This document shows positions 54,491-64,000 of a stretch of 64,000 bases of DNA, in pieces. The DNA is from an uncultured Alphaproteobacteria bacterium. GTDB taxonomy: Bacteria; Pseudomonadota; Alphaproteobacteria; Paracaedibacterales; CAITNM01. The stretch is from the NCBI GenBank assembly GCA_903893805.1, contig CAITNM010000011.1, forward strand, positions 32,081-96,080, given 5' to 3'. A program made the translations under genes and the position numbers. Position 1 is the stretch's first letter, and each line of letters starts with the position of its first letter. The notes beneath the pieces were generated by a model. The model worked only from the letters and a program-made list of their open reading frames with translations. It ran no database searches and had not been told where the DNA came from.

Positions 54491-55855
54491 CTAAAAATGA
54501 GATACATCAACCCCAAAGGCCTTCAACTGATTCAAAATAGCTTTTAGGCCAGCTTCTGTATTGCCTTCGGCCCTTATAATTAAAGCGCTTTGGGTGTTAG
54601 AGGCACGTACCAACCACCAGCCGTGGGGTTCTTCAACACGAACGCCATCAATGGCATTGAACTTTTTGGAAGCCACTAAAAGCTTTTCTTTCAACTCATC
54701 AATAATTGAAAATTTTTCTTCTTCACGGCATTCCAAGCGTATTTCTGGGGTGCTATAAGAACTTGGAAGTTGGGCCACTAAGTTGGCAAAACGGCCGGGC
54801 AATTTTTGAATGTAGTCTGCCAAAAAAACGGCTGCGTATAATCCGTCATCAAAGCCGTAGTAACCATGTTTGAAAAACATATGACCACTCATTTCGCCGG
54901 CAAAGGCTGCGCCGTTTTGGGCCATCGATTGCTTAATCCACGAATGGCCAGTGCGTTCCATAATCGCTTTGCCACCGGCTAATGTAATGGCGCTAAACGT
55001 ATGGTTGCTGCATTTAACATCGGCAATAATGGTAGCACCTGGCGCTTCTTGTAAAATGGCAACGCTCAAAATTGCTACTAATTCATCGCCGGCAATAATG
55101 CGGCCGGTTGAATCAACCACGCCAACGCGGTCACCGTCACCATCGAACGCAAATCCAATGTCACATTTGTGCTGGGCAACAGCATCTATTAGATGTATCA
55201 AATTTTTGGGCTGACTGGGATCTGGGTGGTGATTGGGAAAATTGCAGTCAATTTCAGTGAATAGTTTCACATGAAAATGCCCAGGCAATGTTGCGCAAAG
55301 CGCTTCAACCACTGGGCCTGCGGCACCATTTCCAGCGTCCCATGCAATGCGTAATGGCTTTTTAAATGCATGACGCTGCACCAAGCGGTTAATGTACATT
55401 TCAAAAACATGTTCAGCGCTAGTGTAACTACCACCTGCGTTTTCAAGCGCAGGCTCTGCCTGCAACGCCAAAATCTGTCCTCCGAAAAAAGGTTTATTAT
55501 CCAAGGTAATTTTAATACCGTTGTCATCTTTTGGATTATGGGAGCCGGTAATCATTAGGGTGGCATCGGCTTTTAATTCATAGCCGGCAAAATAACTAAA
55601 AGGCGTGGGGCCAACGCCAATATCAATAACATGAAGGCCGCAATCAACTAGCGCTTTGCAAAGTGCAGCATGAAGTGCCGGTGAACTGGCTCTGCCATCG
55701 CGGCAAACAACAACACGGCGTCCACCATTTTTGTATAATAAACTTCCGAAACGCTGCCCTAGCCAAGTGGCATCGGCCTCAAACAAGTTCTTGCCAAAGG
55801 TGCCGCGGATATCATATTCACGCAAAATAACAGGGTTGGGTGTGTACATATTCAA
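54491..55855 (-). CDS. Phosphomannomutase/phosphoglucomutase
   Basis: TGSHNPKDDNGIK phosphoserine loop, FDGDGDR metal site and GEMSGH sugar-binding loop. Confidence 0.88.
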   Translation of the reverse strand: MNMYTPNPVILREYDIRGTFGKNLFEADATWLGQRFGSLLYKNGGRRVVVCRDGRASSPALHAALCKALVDCGLHVIDIGVGPTPFSYFAGYELKADATLMITGSHNPKDDNGIKITLDNKPFFGGQILALQAEPALENAGGSYTSAEHVFEMYINRLVQRHAFKKPLRIAWDAGNGAAGPVVEALCATLPGHFHVKLFTEIDCNFPNHHPDPSQPKNLIHLIDAVAQHKCDIGFAFDGDGDRVGVVDSTGRIIAGDELVAILSVAILQEAPGATIIADVKCSNHTFSAITLAGGKAIMERTGHSWIKQSMAQNGAAFAGEMSGHMFFKHGYYGFDDGLYAAVFLADYIQKLPGRFANLVAQLPSSYSTPEIRLECREEEKFSIIDELKEKLLVASKKFNAIDGVRVEEPHGWWLVRASNTQSALIIRAEGNTEAGLKAILNQLKAFGVDVSHF

Positions 55856-55989
55856 AACCTTTTAGAATGCCTAAATAATAGGGGAAAATGCAGCTTTTTA
55901 GAAGCTCTTGCGAAGAAGTCATTCTTGTAATTTAGTTGCCGACTAGCTATATATAGAATAAAAACACAAACAAAACACTAGGAAATACC

Positions 55990-56538
55990 ATGAAATATTT
56001 CAATATTCTACTTTTAACAGCTGCATTTTCTATGAATGTTAGCTTTGCTGTGGATGATCCGGAAATGCGCAGAAGAGAAATACTTTTTATTCAGGCCTTT
56101 AAGCAATGCACTCCAGAAGGCCTTCATAAGTCGGGGAATGCACTTTTTAGGCAAGGAAAATTCGATGAGGCCAAAACTAAATACAGTGAAGCGCTTGGTT
56201 TTACGCTTTTCTCTGAAAAAAAAAGGGGGGACTGTTTGGGTAAAATGGGAATCATTTATTCGATACAAAACAAGATTGATGAGGCCATAGAACAATTCAC
56301 TAAATTACTAGCGCTTCCAGAATTCCATAAATTCGATATACAAGATAGAGTGGATTACCATTTGTTATTGGCCGAGGCCTATTGTATTAAAAATAACATC
56401 CCTAGTGCCATAACTCAATACAAAGTAGCATTAGGAATGAGTTCAGCATTCAATGGACGAACGCAATACTGTTTAAAAGTGATGGATATGATCAAAGCTC
56501 AGGAGAGCCAAGCATCAAACGCTAACAACAAATTCTAA
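55990..56538 (+). CDS. Secreted TPR-repeat protein
   Basis: Signal-like MKYFNILLLTAAFSMNVSFA. TPR-like units include GNALFRQGKFDEAKTKYSEAL and GIIYSIQNKIDEAIEQFTKLL. Confidence 0.65.
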   Translation: MKYFNILLLTAAFSMNVSFAVDDPEMRRREILFIQAFKQCTPEGLHKSGNALFRQGKFDEAKTKYSEALGFTLFSEKKRGDCLGKMGIIYSIQNKIDEAIEQFTKLLALPEFHKFDIQDRVDYHLLLAEAYCIKNNIPSAITQYKVALGMSSAFNGRTQYCLKVMDMIKAQESQASNANNKF

Positions 56539-56550
56539 CGTACCGCAAAA

Positions 56551-56574
56551 CTCCACGGGGCACACCCCGTGGAG
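56551..56574 (-). terminator. GC-rich hairpin; terminator-shaped on the minus strand
   Basis: CTCCACGGGG-caca-CCCCGTGGAG is preceded on the plus strand by AAAA, which is a U-run on the minus strand. The same hairpin core occurs at 40404-40423. Confidence 0.5.
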
Positions 56575-56671
56575 CACTGATTACACCTTCAATTTCCCAA
56601 ATTCACGTGATATTTCCTTTGAAAAAGATCCGCAGAAGGTTAAGAAAACCTTCTATATTCTATTACTAATA

Positions 56672-56705
56672 GGCTGGCATGCAGTGCGCATGTCAGCCTT
56701 TTTTG
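56672..56705 (+). terminator. Intrinsic terminator on the plus strand
   Basis: GGCTGGCATGC-agtgc-GCATGTCAGCC-TTTTTTGTTT. An 11-bp stem with one mismatch. Confidence 0.7.
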
Positions 56706-56849
56706 TTTGGATTATTAAGACGGCAGATTATATATGACTTGATCGGACGATCCATTTCTATAGCATCCACAACATCTTTGTCATGCCCGTGAAAACGGGA
56801 ATTCATCTTGAATTCACTCACTGGATAACCACGTCCACTACGTGGCCTC

Positions 56850-56953
56850 GTTATGACGGTTCTTGGTGTTTCCACTCGTCATCCAGAGTCCTGAAAGAGC
56901 GTCGGGATCCAGTCCTATAGATCTGATTCGTCATACTCGCGAAAGCGATCAGA
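56850..56953. repeat. Copy of the dispersed palindromic element family
   Basis: GTCATCCAGAGTCCTGAAAGAGCGTCGGGATCCAGTCCTATAG and GTCATACTCGCGAAAGCG are GTCAT...ATCC-type palindromic modules. Confidence 0.55.
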
Positions 56954-57832
56954 CTAAACAGCCAATGGTATTTTCAATGTGGTCATGACAGATTCTAAAT
57001 ACGGACGTAGCTCGGGGTCGGCAGCAGCAAGCGCCAGGTTCGCCTGAAGCCAACCCACCTTTGTGCCGCAATCATAACGGTCACCACTAAAACGAAATCC
57101 TGTTAATGGAACGTTCGCCCCAAGCATAGTTTGCAAACTATCGGTCAGTTGAATTTCTCCCCCTGCCCCCTGTTTTTTAAACCCTAGCGGTTCAAAAATT
57201 GATGTGCGCAGAATATAGCGACCAATAATTGCAGTAGATGATGGCGCAGTAGCAGCATCTGGCTTCTCAACAACGGCTTTGGCGCGAACTTTAAGCCCAA
57301 ATTGTGTTGAGATATCCAGCACGCCATAGCGGTTAACTTCATTCTTTGGCACATCAATAACGGCTGCCATATTGCCGTCTTCTTCCGAATACGCTTGAAC
57401 CATTTGCTTTAGGCAGGGCGTTGTTGCTTGAATTAAGTCATCGGCCAATAACAGGGCGAAAGCATCTTCTTGAATATAATGACGGGCGCACCACACCGCA
57501 TGGCCCAAACCTAGTGGCTCATGCTGACGTATGAATAACGCTTGCCCTTCTGGAATACGAATGGAGCGAATTTTGGTAAGATCATCCGTTTTTCCACGCG
57601 CTTGCAAAATTGATTCAAGCCCGCTGTGGCTATCGAAATGGTCTTCAATTGCTTCTTTACCCTGAGACGTAATGAAAATAAATTTTTCAATACCAGCTGC
57701 TTTTGCTTCTTCTACGGCATATTGAATAAGTGGTTTGTCGACCACCACCAACATTTCTTTGGGAATAGCTTTTGTTGCCGGCAAAAAGCGACTGCCAAGA
57801 CCAGCTACAGGAAAAACAGCGGTTTTAATCAT
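56954..57832 (-). CDS. galU: UTP--glucose-1-phosphate uridylyltransferase
   Basis: AVFPVAGLGSRFLPATKAIPKEMLVVVDKPLIQYAVEEA. ATG 57832 overlaps the mipZ stop by 1 nt. Confidence 0.9.
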   Translation of the reverse strand: MIKTAVFPVAGLGSRFLPATKAIPKEMLVVVDKPLIQYAVEEAKAAGIEKFIFITSQGKEAIEDHFDSHSGLESILQARGKTDDLTKIRSIRIPEGQALFIRQHEPLGLGHAVWCARHYIQEDAFALLLADDLIQATTPCLKQMVQAYSEEDGNMAAVIDVPKNEVNRYGVLDISTQFGLKVRAKAVVEKPDAATAPSSTAIIGRYILRTSIFEPLGFKKQGAGGEIQLTDSLQTMLGANVPLTGFRFSGDRYDCGTKVGWLQANLALAAADPELRPYLESVMTTLKIPLAV

Positions 57833-58659
57833 CAAGCAACTTTCTTTTTTTGCTTTGGAATTTGAATCATTTCTAGCAGCTGGTTTAATTCTTGGCGAGC
57901 AGCTATGTGCGATAAGCTCATCGCGACACGTGATTCGCGCAAATCTAGTAAGGTAATACCATTTAAAAACAATTCACGGAAAATCACGCGTTCACCAAAC
58001 CCTGCAACAAGGCGAAAGCCAATACGCTTTGAAAGACTTTCAAGGGCTTTGCGCATTTCTTCTTTGTTACGTGAATTGACTGCCGTTAAACGATTACGTA
58101 AAACAATCCAGTCAATCGCACGGCGATCACCACGAATGGCCCGCTGTTTCTTTTGTTCCCACACCATTTCTGAATAGGTGCTAGGACGTACAATTTCCAG
58201 TGTTTCAGGGTTCAAACGCGCCAACATATCAAGATCAATAAAACTATCATTCAAAGGAGTAATCAACGTATCTGCATAGCTATGTGCTAAACGCGATAGG
58301 TACATATCACTTCCTGGTGTATCAATAACTATGTAGTCACTGTCTGCCAATTTTTCTATAGCAGCCTTTAGATTTATTTCATCTTCAGCTTGCGCTTCTT
58401 CCACAATATGCTCTTCAGAACGAAATACCGGATAATGTTCGGGCATTGGCAAATGTTCGGCTGGATTAGACTCACTGCGCAAGCGTCTGTTTTCCACATA
58501 ACGTGACAAAGTCCCCTGACGGGCATCCACGTCAATACTACCAACTTTATACCCTTGTCGTAAAAGCGATGTAATAACGTGCATTGCAGCGGTGGACTTG
58601 CCTGTACCGCCCTTTTCATTGCCTAAAACAACGATATATGGACTATGATTATCTGACAC
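57832..58659 (-). CDS. mipZ: Division-plane positioning ATPase MipZ (ParA superfamily)
   Basis: YIVVLGNEKGGTGKSTAAMHV, DVDARQGTLSRYVENRR, IDTPGSD, PLNDSFIDLDML, WIVLRNRL and LSHIAARQEL align along the whole length with Caulobacter-type MipZ. Confidence 0.88.
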   Translation of the reverse strand: MSDNHSPYIVVLGNEKGGTGKSTAAMHVITSLLRQGYKVGSIDVDARQGTLSRYVENRRLRSESNPAEHLPMPEHYPVFRSEEHIVEEAQAEDEINLKAAIEKLADSDYIVIDTPGSDMYLSRLAHSYADTLITPLNDSFIDLDMLARLNPETLEIVRPSTYSEMVWEQKKQRAIRGDRRAIDWIVLRNRLTAVNSRNKEEMRKALESLSKRIGFRLVAGFGERVIFRELFLNGITLLDLRESRVAMSLSHIAARQELNQLLEMIQIPKQKKKVA

Positions 58660-58855
58660 TTACTATTCCTTATGATTGAGCCCCGTATCCCTATCATAGA
58701 AAAAAACAAGTAATGAATTCAAGATTTTATTATTAGTGAACATGTGTTATAGGAACAAATGAATTATTAATATAAAATTTTAATATATATGTAAATAATG
58801 AAGCTGCATTGAAGAATGAGCCCCCGCTAGCTGCGAGGACTCAATTTAGGTGTTT

Positions 58856-60337
58856 TTAGACGATAGCTTCTTCCTTGGTTACACTATCGGTCGTAGGGTC
58901 AACTAACCCATCTTCATCATCATGAAATGAATCATCCATTGAAGCTGTCCCTGTCGATGTTTTTATTGGTAAACCGACAACTTCAGCTGCAACCGGAGCA
59001 GGAGGCGGAAGCAATGATGCTTTTGCTTGTGCCAGTTCAGAGAATCCTACCAATGCAGATTTAGCAAACGTTGTTTGAAGCAATGTTTGTGCACCAATAA
59101 CTTGTTTTAAAAAATGAGTTGTTTCAGTTCGCATAGAAAGCATAGGTACTGAATTAGGATCTATTCTGGTAGAAAAATCATCATTATTAATAGTCACAAT
59201 TGAACCATCATCTTTAACAATGAGTTTTTTTGATAATTCTGTCGTTGATAAAGTAGTATGCAATGTTTGAACTTTGCTAGCTAAAGCGTTAGCAATACTC
59301 TGATCATTTACTGCTCCAGGAATGGTTGTTGGCTTTACCATAGAGCCAAAAAGCGCATCAAATATTGCATAACCTAGATTTCTTCTTGCCTCAAGTTCTC
59401 TAAGTTCTAGGGCCTGCGCAGGTGACGGAGTTGCTGTCCAGAACATTGTATTATGAGTTCTAATTTCCTTATTAATCTCATCCATCTGTGCTGAAATCGA
59501 CTGAACATATCCGCCGATTATAGGCACAATTCCGCGCACTTGCGGAATAACATCAACCAAGAAAGCAGCTCTTGAAAAACTTTCCGGTGTGAATACGTCA
59601 CTCGCAATATTACGTACAGATTTCATAAGTGTGTCTAACTGAGTACTCAGTGATACCTCAAGTTTTTCTGGATTTCCTAGGTGTTCACGCACTTTCAATA
59701 AATACACTTGTTCTGCAAGGGGTAAAGTTGAAGGCTTTGAAGCAACAACTGTATAAGCTGCAAGCTCTTCTACCGGAGTAATAACACTAGGACCGGTAAG
59801 AGGCAAAAATGCACGCACTGCCGCAGATTCAAGAGTTTGGTAAACTTGATACACCCTTTCAATCAACTCGTTTAATTGATCTCGCAAATTAATGGTATCA
59901 CCTGTACTTCTTTCCAGTTTTGACGTTAAATTATCAAGCTCCTCACGAAGTCCTCTTATGGTTATATCACCACTAATACGCCCTTGTTTTGCAGCGATAC
60001 AAGCTGCCATGAAGACTTTTGCTTTAGAGTCCTCAGCAAACGCTTCTTCAAAGAACATTAAAGACCGTTCTGATTTAACAACCTCACTTACTAAAGTATT
60101 AAGCAACAAACGCTTTTCTTGGTTCGTGTTAGAAGGAGTCCTGCTTAAAGTCTCTATGGAAGTTGCAAATTCTTTAGGAGTCCCAGGAGATGCAAAAATT
60201 GCTCTCACTTTTTCAGCGAAGGGATTGATCGCTGAGCCATAATCGACTCCGTCAGAAGCCGCAGCATTTAGATTTTGAACATGTAATACACCGCCTAATA
60301 GCAGAGCGATGGCCGTAAATTTTAGGGATGACTTCAT
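58856..60337 (-). CDS. Hypothetical secreted protein
   Basis: 493 aa with the signal-like MKSSLKFTAIALLLGGVLHVQNLNA. It is largely helical with an acidic C-terminal tail. No family recognised. Confidence 0.6.
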   Translation of the reverse strand: MKSSLKFTAIALLLGGVLHVQNLNAAASDGVDYGSAINPFAEKVRAIFASPGTPKEFATSIETLSRTPSNTNQEKRLLLNTLVSEVVKSERSLMFFEEAFAEDSKAKVFMAACIAAKQGRISGDITIRGLREELDNLTSKLERSTGDTINLRDQLNELIERVYQVYQTLESAAVRAFLPLTGPSVITPVEELAAYTVVASKPSTLPLAEQVYLLKVREHLGNPEKLEVSLSTQLDTLMKSVRNIASDVFTPESFSRAAFLVDVIPQVRGIVPIIGGYVQSISAQMDEINKEIRTHNTMFWTATPSPAQALELRELEARRNLGYAIFDALFGSMVKPTTIPGAVNDQSIANALASKVQTLHTTLSTTELSKKLIVKDDGSIVTINNDDFSTRIDPNSVPMLSMRTETTHFLKQVIGAQTLLQTTFAKSALVGFSELAQAKASLLPPPAPVAAEVVGLPIKTSTGTASMDDSFHDDEDGLVDPTTDSVTKEEAIV

Positions 60338-60565
60338 GTAGCAACTCCTGAAAAAAATGGTACTTACCTCTTTAGTGTAGGCCTCAGAAATAAAAAATAA
60401 AGCGTATTTTCAATAAAATATTAGGTTAATTTTAGTTGTTAAAACTGTATAGAAAAATGGCTCTCTAGAAATTCCATTCTATTGACAGAGAGCGTACGTA
60501 TGCCATTATTTTAGTACAATTAAGACATTATCTTTATTCAAAAAATAGTACTGGGGGGTTATATT

Positions 60566-61582
60566 GTGATTATTTTTAGGTTTTTAGTATATATTTTACT
60601 AAGCGTAACTGTTCTTAATGCCAATGAAAATGTTCTTGTAACAGGCGGAAATGGCTACATTGGCTTGTCTACATGTAGAATTTTAAAAGAAAAAGGTTAT
60701 ACACCAGTTAGTGTTGATAATTCTTCAAACTCTAAAATACCAACTGTAAGTTGGGGACCTACTGAAAATGGAGATATTTTAGACAAAAAGTGGCTACGAA
60801 GCATTTTTAAAAAATACAAATTTGTTGGGATTATTCACTTGGCTGCAAAGATCTATGTACCCGAATCTACTGAGAAGCCGTTGCTTTATTACAAAGAAAA
60901 CGTTGCTGGCTCTTTGAACGTCTTGGAGCTTGCTAAAGAATTTCAGATAAAAGGTCTTGTTTTTTCTTCTACATGTGCTGTTTATGGAATATTGGAATCA
61001 GATACGCCTGTATTAGAAAGTCAAATATTAAGCCCTTTAAGTCCTTATGCCGAATCAAAATTGGTGATTGAGCGTCTAATTGGGTTTTTGTGGGAAAGTG
61101 ATCATATTCCTTCAGCAATTTTGCGTTACTTTAATGTCAGCGGAGTTGATAGTTTAACAGACAATAAAGACGGACATTCAGCGCAACTTATACCATGTTT
61201 AGTAAAAGCTTTTCAGCAAACTCCTGCGGAGGTTCAAATTTTTGGTACCGATTATTCAACCGAAGATGGCACATGTATCCGAGATTACGTTCATGTAGTA
61301 GATGTCGCTAAAGCAAATGTTAAAGCACTCGAGTACATCTTGGCAGAAAAAAAACCTATTATCACCAATATCGGCACCGGAAAAGGTTATACCGTCAAAC
61401 AGATTGCAGAATCCGTTTCAAAATACGCGAAGAAAGAATATAAAGAAAATTGCTTACCAAGACGAAAGGGAGATGTTCCAATAGTAGTTGCAGACATTGG
61501 TTGTGCTAAACAAAATTTTGATTGGCAACCTGAAAATTCATCCCTTGAAAGTATTGTGGGGTCTTATTATGGAGTTAGTTAA
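60566..61582 (+). CDS. galE: UDP-glucose 4-epimerase with hydrophobic N-terminal extension
   Basis: VLVTGGNGYIG Rossmann motif, SSTCAVYG, and SPYAESK (YxxxK). The only in-frame start is GTG 60566 (GGGGGG 8 nt upstream), which adds MIIFRFLVYILLSVTVLNANEN. Confidence 0.85.
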   Translation: MIIFRFLVYILLSVTVLNANENVLVTGGNGYIGLSTCRILKEKGYTPVSVDNSSNSKIPTVSWGPTENGDILDKKWLRSIFKKYKFVGIIHLAAKIYVPESTEKPLLYYKENVAGSLNVLELAKEFQIKGLVFSSTCAVYGILESDTPVLESQILSPLSPYAESKLVIERLIGFLWESDHIPSAILRYFNVSGVDSLTDNKDGHSAQLIPCLVKAFQQTPAEVQIFGTDYSTEDGTCIRDYVHVVDVAKANVKALEYILAEKKPIITNIGTGKGYTVKQIAESVSKYAKKEYKENCLPRRKGDVPIVVADIGCAKQNFDWQPENSSLESIVGSYYGVS

Positions 61583-61685
61583 AAATCACCAAAAAATCAT
61601 TCTAAAATTCATTTAAAATTAGCCTTTGAAGGCAGCGCCGAGTTGCGCTACCCTGAACGCTGGATTATCTTATTGCTTTAGGATT

Positions 61686-63104
61686 ATGGCAAGTAAACTT
61701 CCCTATAATATTTGGAAACTCTTTATTCCAGTTGCCATAGGCATTACTATTTACTTGCTCCCTAGACCTGAAACTGTTGACCCTAAAGGATGGCAGCTTT
61801 TTGGAATTTTCGTAGCTACCATCGGCGGTATTGTTCTGAAACCTTTGCCCATGCCAGCGGTTGCTCTAATTGGCTTGCTGGCTTGCATTATCACAAATAC
61901 GTTAAACCTTTCGGAGCAAGCCTTTCAGGGATTTTCATCTCCAATTGTATGGCTTGTTGTTTTTATTTTTTTTATAGCTCGTGGATTCATTAAAACAAAA
62001 CTTGGTCATAGGGTCGCCTATAGTTTCGTCGCACTTTTAGGCAAAAACACTCTAGGGCTTGGGTATGGTATTATCCTTACCGAACTTGTTATGGGCCCTG
62101 CTATTCCTAGCAACTCTGCACGCGCCGGCGGAATTATATATCCTATTGTAAAATCAATTTCTGAAACTCTAGGTAGTAGACCGGAAGATGGAACAGCCCG
62201 TAAGCTTGGAAGTTTTTTAACCTTGGTAGCATTTCAAGGAAACTTGATTGTAAGCTCAATGTTTTTAACAGCAATGGCCGCCAATCCAATGGCACAAAAT
62301 ATAGCTGCTAAACAAGGGGTACACTTTACATGGACAGACTGGTTTATGGCCGCTTTAGTTCCTGGAGTATGCAGCATTATTCTGGTGCCTTTGGTTTTAT
62401 TCATTATTTACCCACCACAACTAAAAGTATTACCGCAAGCCGTTAGTATTGCAAAAAAAAATCTCCGCGATATGGGGTCAATGACAGCACAAGAATGGAC
62501 AATGACTGGTGTTTTTTTGGTTATGCTTGCTATGTGGACCGTTGGAGAAAAATATGGAATTCCGACTGCAAGTGCCGGATTACTAGGTGTTTGCACTTTG
62601 TTGTTAACTGGAATTCTAACTTGGAAAGATATTTTAGAAGAACACGAAGCTTGGAGCACGGTTATTTGGCTATCAATATTAATCATGATGTCTGATTACC
62701 TTAAAATATTTGGTTTAACTGGATGGTTCAGTCAAGAAATTGGAAATATTTTTGCAGGCTATCACTCAATTACAGCCTTATATGGGCTGGCTCTTGTCTA
62801 TTTTTATAGTCACTATTTCTTTGCAAGTAACACAGCTCATATTGGTGCAATGTATGGAGCTTTCCTGACAGTTGCAATCATTGCTGGCGCCCCGCCTGTT
62901 GTTTCAGCTTTGTTGCTAGGTTTCTTTAGTTCACTGTTTTCTAGTATGACCCACTATTCAACGGGATCAGCACCAATATACTTTGGTATGGGCTATGTTC
63001 CAGTAAGCGATTGGTGGCTGTATGGCCTTATCATAAGCGTTTTAAACATTACCATATGGTTAGGAGTTGGATATTTTTGGTGGGGCTTTTTAGGACTGAT
63101 GTAA
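61686..63104 (+). CDS. DASS-family anion:cation symporter (2-oxoglutarate/malate or dicarboxylate type)
   Basis: Polytopic protein with duplicated hairpin motifs (PSNSARAGGIIYPI and THYSTGSAPIYFG). The start is taken at ATG 61686 (MASKLPYNIWK). Confidence 0.8.
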   Translation: MASKLPYNIWKLFIPVAIGITIYLLPRPETVDPKGWQLFGIFVATIGGIVLKPLPMPAVALIGLLACIITNTLNLSEQAFQGFSSPIVWLVVFIFFIARGFIKTKLGHRVAYSFVALLGKNTLGLGYGIILTELVMGPAIPSNSARAGGIIYPIVKSISETLGSRPEDGTARKLGSFLTLVAFQGNLIVSSMFLTAMAANPMAQNIAAKQGVHFTWTDWFMAALVPGVCSIILVPLVLFIIYPPQLKVLPQAVSIAKKNLRDMGSMTAQEWTMTGVFLVMLAMWTVGEKYGIPTASAGLLGVCTLLLTGILTWKDILEEHEAWSTVIWLSILIMMSDYLKIFGLTGWFSQEIGNIFAGYHSITALYGLALVYFYSHYFFASNTAHIGAMYGAFLTVAIIAGAPPVVSALLLGFFSSLFSSMTHYSTGSAPIYFGMGYVPVSDWWLYGLIISVLNITIWLGVGYFWWGFLGLM

Positions 63105-63359
63105 TTCAGTTTGACTCCCCTTTAATGCTAATGAAATAGCAGCGCTGGCTTTATTAAGGGACAATTCTTTGTCTTTTTACCTTCTAAGTTAAATTCAAAA
63201 ATCTAATCAAATCATAATCGCCCCCGAAACACCTTCTGTTTCTGGCTACTCTTTCATTTTAATATTGCGCAATAACTCATATTAAAATAATATAGTTTTA
63301 CAAAATAGTATTTTTTGTTATATTGTCTTGAATTAATATATTAATATTAAGACTGTATA

Positions 63360-64000
63360 ATGAGATTTTTAATTTTTTTATTATTCATAATACACATCGC
63401 AGCTTCTGTTGATGAGCAAAATCATGCTTGGGAAAGAGTCTACGATTCTTATCATAGTCGCGGTGCAAACTGGAAAATTACTTATGTACCAGAACTAATT
63501 GATCGTATTCGCTATATGGGAAATTACGTAGCAAAAGCGATTGAAGATAGTCCAAATCGATTAGACCAAGTAAGAGCAGTACTTACTAAAGCAGAAGCAA
63601 GAGACACAGATAAATCTTTAACTTTCCTATATGCAATGCGTTCCTTTGATGCTTTAGCAAAAATTTGCGACACAACGCTGTTGCAAGAAACATACTCTGA
63701 AGAATTACCAGAATCATATTTTGAAAAAAGATTTAAACGTAACGATCAAAAATGTTCATTTCTTGTTAATTCAGATATTTATTTCCTTTGTGTCCCTAAA
63801 TTCAGTTTAAAATTTGAACGTTTCGTTGAAGGATACTTACGCAGAAGGCCTATTCAATTTGTAACCCTTGCAAATGCAGAGCTAGAAGTAGGTCCTCACT
63901 GTAATTTTTATAAAAAAGTTCACCATCTTTATTATCATGATCAAGAACATACATATTTCTTTATTGCCATAGGAGGCAGGTATTTTGAAACCTTTTGGCC
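63360..64000 (+). CDS. Hypothetical secreted protein, truncated by the window edge
   Basis: Absent from the ORF track. ATG 63360 gives MRFLIFLLFIIHIAASVDEQNHAWERVYDSYH... Manual translation is open to position 64000 (213 codons). No family recognised. Confidence 0.55.
   Translation, partial: MRFLIFLLFIIHIAASVDEQNHAWERVYDSYHSRGANWKITYVPELIDRIRYMGNYVAKAIEDSPNRLDQVRAVLTKAEARDTDKSLTFLYAMRSFDALAKICDTTLLQETYSEELPESYFEKRFKRNDQKCSFLVNSDIYFLCVPKFSLKFERFVEGYLRRRPIQFVTLANAELEVGPHCNFYKKVHHLYYHDQEHTYFFIAIGGRYFETFW

Overview
This is an AT-rich bacterial chromosomal segment. I saw no phage, plasmid, IS, CRISPR, rRNA or intact tRNA by eye. The housekeeping backbone is rpmH-rnpA-yidD-yidC-engB, a thiolase, pgeF-midA-lgt, ffh-rpsP-rimM, aqpZ, dgkA plus a phosphoethanolamine transferase, mlaD, an ABC-F ATPase, a family-5 solute-binding protein, trmL-hemF, hemC, recR, PMM/PGM, mipZ-galU, galE and a DASS anion transporter. 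MipZ, MidA/NDUFAF7, the Rickettsia-like EngB N-terminus and the gene order point to an alphaproteobacterium. Four further observations suggest a host-associated, Holosporales/Rickettsiales-like lifestyle, which is an inference rather than a demonstrated fact. (1) About twenty orphan ORFs have signal-peptide-like N-termini, and several sit in tandem paralog arrays. (2) A dispersed family of short palindromic MITE-like elements occupies at least ten intergenic sites. (3) There are decayed or decaying genes: a truncated prs, a fliP with a 1-nt frameshift, and several split ORFs. (4) Flagellar genes are scattered as 1-2 gene islands (fliO-fliP, fliJ, fliD-fliS). The most unusual loci are listed here. 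One is a three-copy secreted paralog array next to a tandem MerR pair (21.8-26.5 kb). Another is a 925-aa double NHL-propeller protein with an autotransporter-passenger-like tail and a small paralog of that tail (33.9-37.5 kb). A third is two duplicated signal-peptide GNAT acetyltransferases, the second reading without a stop into trmL (43.4-46.3 kb). A fourth is a protein with five ~34-aa tandem repeats next to fliDS (52.4-54.3 kb). The last is a secreted protein with a CheD/CNF1-like Cys-His motif (15.1-16.0 kb). All family calls come from reading the translated motifs; no database search was possible.
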